Of a DNA stretch of 10,772 nucleotides, positions 1 to 5,145 are shown in pieces; the stretch's first letter is position 1, and every line of letters begins with the position of its first letter. The stretch is from a virus: UHGV virus genome UHGV-1443384, one strand, 5' to 3'. A program made the translations under genes and the position numbers. The notes under the pieces are model-generated. The model had not been told where the DNA came from. It did no database searches and worked only from the letters and a program-made list of their open reading frames with translations.

Positions 1-82
1 CAGTTATCATCTTCGGTTACGGTTATCGGCAGAACGCCCTGCCGCTGACAAGAGCTTATTTGCCTGACCAATCTACTCCACA

Positions 83-103
83 TGATAGATAACTATCATT
101 TAT
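83..103. repeat. Putative attL core (direct repeat tgatagataactatcatttat)
   Basis: Matches 10561-10581 (tgataaataactatcatctat) at 19 of 21 positions. Arm-type repeats lie on the element side of both copies, as expected for attL and attR. Confidence 0.45.
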
Positions 104-170
104 ATCATTTAGTTAATTAGTCTTTATTTTTCATTATGTTGCAAATAACAAGCCTGTCAAAAACAGTGAT

Positions 171-227
171 ATTAACTACACCATTAACTACACCGCTTCA
201 CGAACAATATCGAACAACCGCGAACAA
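171..227. promoter_or_regulatory. Integrase arm-type binding repeats, left arm (2x ATTAACTACACC, 3x CGAACAA phased at 10 bp)
   Basis: ATTAACTACACC at 171-182 and 183-194; CGAACAA at 201, 211 and 221. The same motif pair recurs at 10417-10484 next to int. Confidence 0.45.
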
Positions 228-267
228 AGATCAACACGCTTTAATCATTATCATTTTCCGGCTATCC

Positions 268-456
268 GTCATGAAGCTAGTGGATGATCTGCGTGGTGAT
301 TTCCACCATTCAGAGCAGGGGCGGTCATCATGCCCATGCCATAACAAAAACCCCATATTCGTGGTTTTTCTGTGTTGTGGCTATTCTGCCGTTGCCGTGC
401 TGGTGGATATTTCCGTTATGGGGATCACCATATCGGCATCATGCCCACCAGCGTGA
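268..456 (+). CDS. Hypothetical small protein (62 aa) with Cys-rich polar N-terminus and a single hydrophobic helix; doubtful
   Basis: ATG at 268 in frame with track ORF 136..456. Hydrophobic stretch IFVVFLCCGYSAVAVLVDISVMGITI. No clear Shine-Dalgarno. Confidence 0.15.
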   Translation, partial: VMKLVDDLRGDFHHSEQGRSSCPCHNKNPIFVVFLCCGYSAVAVLVDISVMGITISASCPPA

Positions 457-1076
457 AGCGTTTTTCATTTTTCGCGGGTATAAAAAATCGATGGGGCTGG
501 CAGTCCAGAAGACGTCAGGGTACAGAGATTTGCCCCGCCCCTCCCTGTGCATAAGCACAATAAGTAACCGAAGGCGGAATTCCGCCCTCGGTACTCACAT
601 ATGAGAAACGATATTTCTTCCACCGATACCCTTTATTTGGGTATCGCGAGTAAGCCCCAAAATCTGGGTGTTACTCTTACTACCCAAACTACGGGTAGTT
701 TCCGTAGTTTCATGGTCGAGTTGCAGATCTGCAACTCACCCACCAGCCAACGCAATTTTGCGTTATCGGGAATATCAGCAAGTTAGCACAGAAATAACTC
801 AGGCAGATACAAAACTCAATTTTGAGGTTTGCTTATTATTCAGTTGGTTAACATCCCTCAAAACTGAGGACTGTACCCAAAGCTATTTTTATAGCTCCGG
901 CCTCAGCCGTTGGCTGTTCCCGAAAATATCAGTCAGTTACGTTAACCGCTAATTTCTGCCTTTGGTGTGAATACTGTCGCTTTAACCTACGGTAATTGTT
1001 CTGCCTCGGTGCGTGTCACCGCCGTAACCGCGCCAGTAAACCCCACAGATTCGTGGTTTTCCTGAATATCAGGAAT

Positions 1077-1358
1077 CTACCGCCGCAACCGTTCCGGCTT
1101 CTTCCACTGGTAAGTATTTTTCGCGCTCTCCCTCCGTTGTTGAGAACGGCGACGGTATGCCAGCAACTCAAGGACTCTTGTTCGTATGTTGCGCATATCC
1201 ACGCCGTTAAGCTCAATACCATCACGGCGCATCACCTCAGCAACAACACGCACATAATTTTCAGCGGTCACGCTGTCCGGCTGTGTGGCCTGTTCGTCAT
1301 GCTGCTGGCTGATTCCGACGACGCGGCGGATTAATCCCAGTAGTTCGGCTTCAGTCAT
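1077..1358 (-). CDS. Hypothetical protein (93 aa), Arg-rich C-terminus, immediately downstream of TerS
   Basis: Track ORF; RBS GAGGG 5 nt before the ATG. Sits where lambda has the large terminase gene A but is far too small and unrelated to it. Confidence 0.55.
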   Translation of the reverse strand: MTEAELLGLIRRVVGISQQHDEQATQPDSVTAENYVRVVAEVMRRDGIELNGVDMRNIRTRVLELLAYRRRSQQRRESAKNTYQWKKPERLRR

Positions 1359-1431
1359 TGTGCCCTCATCGTTCTGATAGCCTGGTGTCGTCGGGTCCTT
1401 CCTGGAATTATGGCCCGTTACGGGGCGGCGG

Positions 1432-1974
1432 TTACTCGCCTTTGTTCTCTAGCAACTTCTCAGGCGCGTTTCCGGTAGTTTCCATCAGGTAATCAGCCAG
1501 TATCTGTGGCAGGTTTTCGTCAAGTCTTGCACATGCGTTACATGCTTTGGCTATTTCCCTTTTTAGTTCATCCAGCATATACGGCCTTATATCGGGAAAG
1601 CGCCTTTGCATTGTGAGCGGGAGGCTGTCCATGATTGATGAAATCTGACTCGCTAGTTTTGAAATCGCGTAGATGCAAAACTTTGTATCAATCACCTCGC
1701 CGCGTTCGCGCTCGTTTTTAAGTTCCTGCGCTTCCGCCTGGGCCGTCATTAATCTGATTCTTACGCGTAAAAGTTCATCATCATCAATCTCGCCTTTGTC
1801 GTTTGTAAGCTGGTTAATTGCATTGTTAACCCTATTGTCTATCACGCTAGCAACATCATAAAACGCCTCACGGCCTTTACGCTCAACGGGAGTTACTCCC
1901 CACTTGTCGAACGCTGTCGCACTTACGCGGCAGCTTTGCGCCATAGTTTTTTTGTTCATCAGGTGCGATTTCAT
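1432..1974 (-). CDS. Terminase small subunit, lambda Nu1-like (satellite TerS / packaging-redirection candidate)
   Basis: C-terminal two thirds align with lambda Nu1 (ours RLMTAQAEAQELKNERERGEVIDTKFCIYAISKLASQISSIMDSLPLTMQRRFP vs lambda RLTRAQADAQELKNARDSAEVVETAFCTFVLSRIAGEIASILDGLPLSVQRRFP). The N-terminal DNA-binding part is diverged. Start chosen at the ATG preceded by GGGGA; the track ORF extends to 1986. Confidence 0.85.
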   Translation of the reverse strand: MKSHLMNKKTMAQSCRVSATAFDKWGVTPVERKGREAFYDVASVIDNRVNNAINQLTNDKGEIDDDELLRVRIRLMTAQAEAQELKNERERGEVIDTKFCIYAISKLASQISSIMDSLPLTMQRRFPDIRPYMLDELKREIAKACNACARLDENLPQILADYLMETTGNAPEKLLENKGE

Positions 1975-2001
1975 CAATATCCCCACTTAGTTAAGGTTTC
2001 A

Positions 2002-2150
2002 GGTTGGTGTGTTGGTGTTATCTTTCCCTTTTTATTCATAGAGATAGAGCGAAAAACAAAACCACCACCACCAACCCGAAAAGGCTCATAAATAGCGAAA
2101 ATCCGCAAGGTCGCCGCCCCGTAGCCTGCCGGATCGCCGGAAAGGACCCG
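2002..2150 (-). other. Lambda-type cos site (cosQ-cosN-I1 conserved, cosB-like repeats diverged)
   Basis: Minus strand reads cgttctggctggcgggtcctttccggcgatccggcaggctacg GGGCGGCGACCT tgcggattttcgctatttatgag, near-identical to the lambda right end, the 12-nt cohesive end (plus 2108-2119) and the start of the left end. Inverted ACCACC/GGTGGT-rich repeats at 2002-2019 and 2060-2077 replace the lambda R sites. Confidence 0.85.
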
Positions 2151-2175
2151 CCAGCCAGAACGGGCCCTAATTTCA

Positions 2176-2520
2176 TCAACCAATCAACTTATTGCGTCCT
2201 TTCAGGGCATTACGCCTGGCGCGTTCAATCTTGAGGCATAACGCCGCATCAGGTTTTTCGGGGGTGGGAACAAGGCAATAATTTGATGCGCGCGGAATGT
2301 TGTTAATCCACGCAACAACCTCGCTTAAATACCATGCCTTGCGCCCTTTCGTAACCTGTACGCGTTCGGGGAACTCTCCGCGAGCCTCAAGGTTTAGCAA
2401 TGTGCGACGGCTAAGGGTTGTAAGCTCCACTACCTGATCCATATCAACAAGGCGCTCGCTTAAACTCATTTTGTCATCGATATCTAATAGCTCTCGTAGC
2501 TGACTATCTCTTTCAATCAT
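2176..2520 (-). CDS. AlpA-family HTH DNA-binding protein (114 aa), second copy in the element
   Basis: Motif VVELTTLSRRTLLNLEARGEFPERVQVTKGRKAWYLSEVVAWI fits the phage AlpA / excisionase-type HTH pattern. RBS GAGGT; start overlaps the stop of the upstream gene. Confidence 0.65.
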   Translation of the reverse strand: MIERDSQLRELLDIDDKMSLSERLVDMDQVVELTTLSRRTLLNLEARGEFPERVQVTKGRKAWYLSEVVAWINNIPRASNYCLVPTPEKPDAALCLKIERARRNALKGRNKLIG

Positions 2521-2529
2521 TCTCGTACC

Positions 2530-2871
2530 TCACACACGTGCCAGCGGCTGAACAGAAATACCTGAGCCAACAAACGCAGCAACTTTTGCTGATAGTTGTG
2601 TTACAGACTCAGGCCAGTTCAGAGCATCAACATTTAAGACGCCGGTTTTATAAACCTGAGCCTGCGTTTTTGTCGCTGTATCGATTTGTACAGCGGAAAC
2701 ATAAACAGCTTTGCCTGCGCTCGTTCCATCCCATACCACCAGTGCACCAGTTGCATCTTCTTGCATCAGTGGCGTAAATGCAGGAATTACCCCTTTATTA
2801 GCTGAAAATATCCCCAACGTAGTAACCAGTGCTTCAGTGCCAGCCATGAGTTCAGTGTAATGAGTAGCCAT
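2530..2871 (-). CDS. Head decoration protein, lambda gpD-like (113 aa)
   Basis: Aligns with lambda gpD (TPLM...LVVWDGT...YKTG...WPE...AAFVGSGISV vs TPLM...LVAWDGT...YKSG...WPE...TAFAGTAISIV). Strong RBS GGGGGAG; 9 bp after the capsid gene. Confidence 0.8.
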   Translation of the reverse strand: MATHYTELMAGTEALVTTLGIFSANKGVIPAFTPLMQEDATGALVVWDGTSAGKAVYVSAVQIDTATKTQAQVYKTGVLNVDALNWPESVTQLSAKVAAFVGSGISVQPLARV

Positions 2872-2880
2872 TGCTCCCCC

Positions 2881-3921
2881 TTAACCAATGCGAACGGTAA
2901 CAAAACGATTGATGCGGGCCGGTATTGGTTGCGGTGCGCTGTGCGTCTGTACATATTCAATAGCCGGATCACCTGGTACGATGTAATTTTTCGGCGCAAG
3001 TTCGGCTTTAGTCAGCCCCATTCTGATTAACTCAGGATCCTGAATGCCACCGTAGGCAACGATGCCCTGTAATGATGTGTTGCCAAGCACCATCAAATCA
3101 GGATCAAGGAAATATTTTTCTTTGCCGTCCTCGTCGGTATAACGTCCGCTATATACCACAATAGCAACATCGCCAACGTAACCCTTGAAGCTTACAGAAT
3201 CCCCAAGATTTTTCAGGGCCGTTTCAAGAACGGAATTAGATCCCCGTCGAGTATCAAGGCAATCTTTTACTGCTTTAAAGGCGCGGTATTTTTTCCATAC
3301 GTTGCGGCCCATTACGATGATATTTGTAGTACCTTCGCTGATTTCTGCGTACTCTTCGATGTCATCGTTTGGATCAAATGTTGATAAATCTCTACCGCTC
3401 CACTCCGTGCCGCCGGACTGCGTGATAATATTTTGTGGTTTTATATTCCAGTCCAGTTCATAACGTTCAATTCCATCACCTTCAATGATATTTTTCCCCG
3501 TTGTAACCGCCTGAACAGCAAGCCACTCAATACGCGCACGAATTGCCTGCGCTTGTCTTACTAACGCTCGCTTTATTTTGAAACTGCGTGATGAATATGC
3601 ATTGAATTGTTCAGGTGATACGCCTGGTTGACGAACGGCTATTTTATTTGGGTCGATACTACTTTTTGGCTTCATATAGCCAGGGCGAATTACTTTTGAT
3701 TCGTAGCCTTCATCGCGTGAGACTTTACTACCAACCATAGGGGAACAAAATGCAGCCATCGGGATGTCTGGATCGTCAATAATATCAAGCGCAATATCCC
3801 GCGTCTCAAATGTAACGACTCGCTTAAAAAACAGGTTTATAAATAAAGAATTAATCTGCCATTGAATATCTTCGGCATTAACAACCTGTATTAACATGGC
3901 TGGCGAATATAAATCACTCAT
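2881..3921 (-). CDS. Major capsid protein, lambda gpE-like (346 aa)
   Basis: Collinear similarity to lambda gpE over the full length (NIITQSGGTEWSGRDLSTFDPNDDIEEYA vs NNITQSGGTEWSKRDKSTYDPTDDIEAYA; FKAVKDCLDTRRGSNSVLETALKNLGDSVSFKGYVGDVAIVVYSG vs FKAVKEKLDTRRGSNSELETAVKDLGKAVSYKGMYGDVAIVVYSG). RBS AAGAGG. Confidence 0.9.
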   Translation of the reverse strand: MSDLYSPAMLIQVVNAEDIQWQINSLFINLFFKRVVTFETRDIALDIIDDPDIPMAAFCSPMVGSKVSRDEGYESKVIRPGYMKPKSSIDPNKIAVRQPGVSPEQFNAYSSRSFKIKRALVRQAQAIRARIEWLAVQAVTTGKNIIEGDGIERYELDWNIKPQNIITQSGGTEWSGRDLSTFDPNDDIEEYAEISEGTTNIIVMGRNVWKKYRAFKAVKDCLDTRRGSNSVLETALKNLGDSVSFKGYVGDVAIVVYSGRYTDEDGKEKYFLDPDLMVLGNTSLQGIVAYGGIQDPELIRMGLTKAELAPKNYIVPGDPAIEYVQTHSAPQPIPARINRFVTVRIG

Positions 3922-3973
3922 ATAACCTCTTAATACTTAGTAAAAGTGTCGCGTTAATTTTATCATCTGCCTT

Positions 3974-4002
3974 GTTTGGCATCTTTATGCATTGCTATGC
4001 AA
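3974..4002 (-). promoter_or_regulatory. Candidate promoter of the capsid-cos-TerS operon with a 13-bp palindrome in the spacer
   Basis: Minus strand TTGCAC-17-CATAAA (weak -10, suggesting activator dependence). Palindrome ATTGCtatGCAAT at 3981-3993 lies in the spacer. Confidence 0.3.
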
Positions 4003-4106
4003 TAGTGTGCAAAGTTTCAATCTTCGTTTATTTATCCGGCGTTACGTGTCATTCTGTACAGCGTTACAAGTTCAAAGACATAAATTATTCTCTTTGGTGA
4101 TGAAAG

Positions 4107-4132
4107 GGTCGGAATATTCCGGCCTTTTTTTT
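4107..4132 (+). terminator. Rho-independent terminator, plus strand (stem GGTCGG/CCGGCC followed by T8)
   Basis: Hairpin 4107-4124 followed by tttttttt at 4125-4132. Implies a short plus-strand transcript originating in 3950-4100. Confidence 0.55.
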
Positions 4133-4149
4133 GCGTAGTGTGACGGACT

Positions 4150-4177
4150 CAACTGATAAAAGCCGGATTGCTCCGGC
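4150..4177 (-). terminator. Rho-independent terminator for the ssb transcript (minus strand)
   Basis: Minus strand hairpin GCCGGAgcaaTCCGGC followed by TTTTATCAGTT, 17 nt after the ssb stop. Confidence 0.5.
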
Positions 4178-4193
4178 CTCTGTTACTCGTTGC

Positions 4194-4616
4194 TTAAAAC
4201 GGTATGTTATCCCCGTACGGATCATCATTTCCCGCCTGTTGTTTTGCCCTGTTCAGCGCGTCAGTAGCCTGGCCCTGTTGACCTTTTTTGCCGCCCGGTT
4301 GCGCCGTTCGCGCACTGATTACGCTGTCTGCAATAACCTGCCAGCCCTGCCGCGTTTCCCCGTTCTGGCCTGTCCACTGGCTCACCTGCATGTTACCCGC
4401 CACGCTCACCAGTTCGCCTTTGTGGTGTTTTGCCAGTGCGTCGGCCTGTCTGCCAAACGCCAGGACAGATAACCACATCGTCGCCGTTCCGTCATCTGCC
4501 TGGCTGCACGGCAGGGGAACCGCCATACTCGCCATCGCCATTTGTGTCCCTTTGCTGGTGGTCTTTAACTGCGGGTCAGCCACCAGCCGCCCGTAAGCCG
4601 CTATCTGTGCTGTCAT
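4194..4616 (-). CDS. ssb: Single-stranded DNA-binding protein (SSB-like OB fold, 140 aa)
   Basis: N-terminal YGRLVADPQLKTTSKG and WLSVLAFGRQAD fit the SSB OB fold. Gly/Gln-rich linker and acidic tip DDPYGDNIPF resemble the SSB C-terminal DDDIPF tail. Confidence 0.75.
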   Translation of the reverse strand: MTAQIAAYGRLVADPQLKTTSKGTQMAMASMAVPLPCSQADDGTATMWLSVLAFGRQADALAKHHKGELVSVAGNMQVSQWTGQNGETRQGWQVIADSVISARTAQPGGKKGQQGQATDALNRAKQQAGNDDPYGDNIPF

Positions 4617-4858
4617 GCTGTCTGCTCTCCGGTTTTAACGTTGATGGTTGTCACCTGTTCCGCTTCGGCAATCTCCCGTTCTGTCAGCGTGGCAAAGTTT
4701 GCTGCCGCCGTGGTCATGAATGCGCTTATCAGTTCGGGATGTGCTTTTGCGTACCCTTCTCCCGCGTTGCGGTCGATGATTTTTATCGCCACCCTCAGCC
4801 AGTGTTCTGTCAAATCAAGGGCGTGAGATTGTGGTTTTTTTGCGTGCTTCGTTGTCAC
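4613..4858 (-). CDS. Hypothetical protein (81 aa), translationally coupled to ssb
   Basis: GTG start with RBS TGAGGT. Its TGA stop overlaps the ssb ATG (ATGA overlap). Confidence 0.55.
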   Translation of the reverse strand: MTTKHAKKPQSHALDLTEHWLRVAIKIIDRNAGEGYAKAHPELISAFMTTAAANFATLTEREIAEAEQVTTINVKTGEQTA

Positions 4859-4904
4859 AGGCTTTACCTCACAGCAATAAAATAAAATTTTTGCATTTTA
4901 ACCC

Positions 4905-5131
4905 TTCACCTGTTCACCTTTTGAGATTTTCCCTTTTTATTCATAATGTTAAGGGGTGAACAGTTTCACAAAAACTATTCACCAACTGTTCACCACTGTT
5001 CACCCTTAAAGCTCAATAAATAATCAAAAAGGTGAACAGTGAATAGTTTGGTGAACAGTTCACAAATAACTGTTCACCATATAATATACTGATATAAAAG
5101 ATATTTATAACAGGGTGAACAGTGGTGAACA
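4905..5131. repeat. Replication origin with P4 alpha-type iterons (about 10 copies of TGTTCACC / GGTGAACA, both orientations) and AT-rich unwinding stretch
   Basis: Octamers at 4911, 4955, 4987, 4998, 5031, 5050, 5071, 5114 and 5124, plus partial copies. AT-rich block at 5080-5110. Immediately downstream of the primase gene. Confidence 0.8.
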
Positions 5132-5145
5132 GTTATTCCATAAGT

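Noticed and set aside
1-170. tRNA or tmRNA gene at the attachment site
   Set aside because: No cloverleaf-compatible sequence or GTTCGAATC-type T-loop next to either direct repeat within the window; the integration target seems not to be a tRNA 3' end, although the window edges limit this conclusion.
136-604. Track ORFs 136..456 and 284..604 (106 aa each)
   Set aside because: The first starts inside the attL arm-repeat region and is credible, if at all, only from the ATG at 268. The second is an overlapping frame with a Trp/His/Cys-rich translation and no RBS.
996-1334. ORFs 996..1334 (plus) and 1016..1225 (minus)
   Set aside because: They overlap the better-supported 93-aa gene (1077..1358, good RBS, operon context) in other frames, with odd composition.
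1974-2234. ORFs 1974..2183 (minus) and 2004..2234 (plus)
   Set aside because: Both lie across the cos site, whose sequence is explained by near-identity to lambda cosQ, cosN and I1; they are not coding.
3185-3463. Plus-strand ORF antisense to the capsid gene
   Set aside because: The opposite strand encodes a protein collinear with lambda gpE.
4131-4885. Plus-strand ORFs antisense to ssb and the 81-aa gene (4131..4472, 4288..4596, 4430..4885, 4641..4826)
   Set aside because: Antisense shadows of GC-rich coding sequence, Cys/Pro/Arg-rich, no RBS, and they would run through two terminators.
5080-5112. LexA (SOS) box near the origin
   Set aside because: CTG and CAG are present but separated by far more than the 10 bp of the CTGT-N8-ACAG consensus.
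4905-5131. Possible CRISPR array or tandem-repeat locus
   Set aside because: The repeats are 8-bp octamers in both orientations with irregular short spacing, with no 25-40 bp repeat/spacer periodicity and no cas genes. They match origin iterons.
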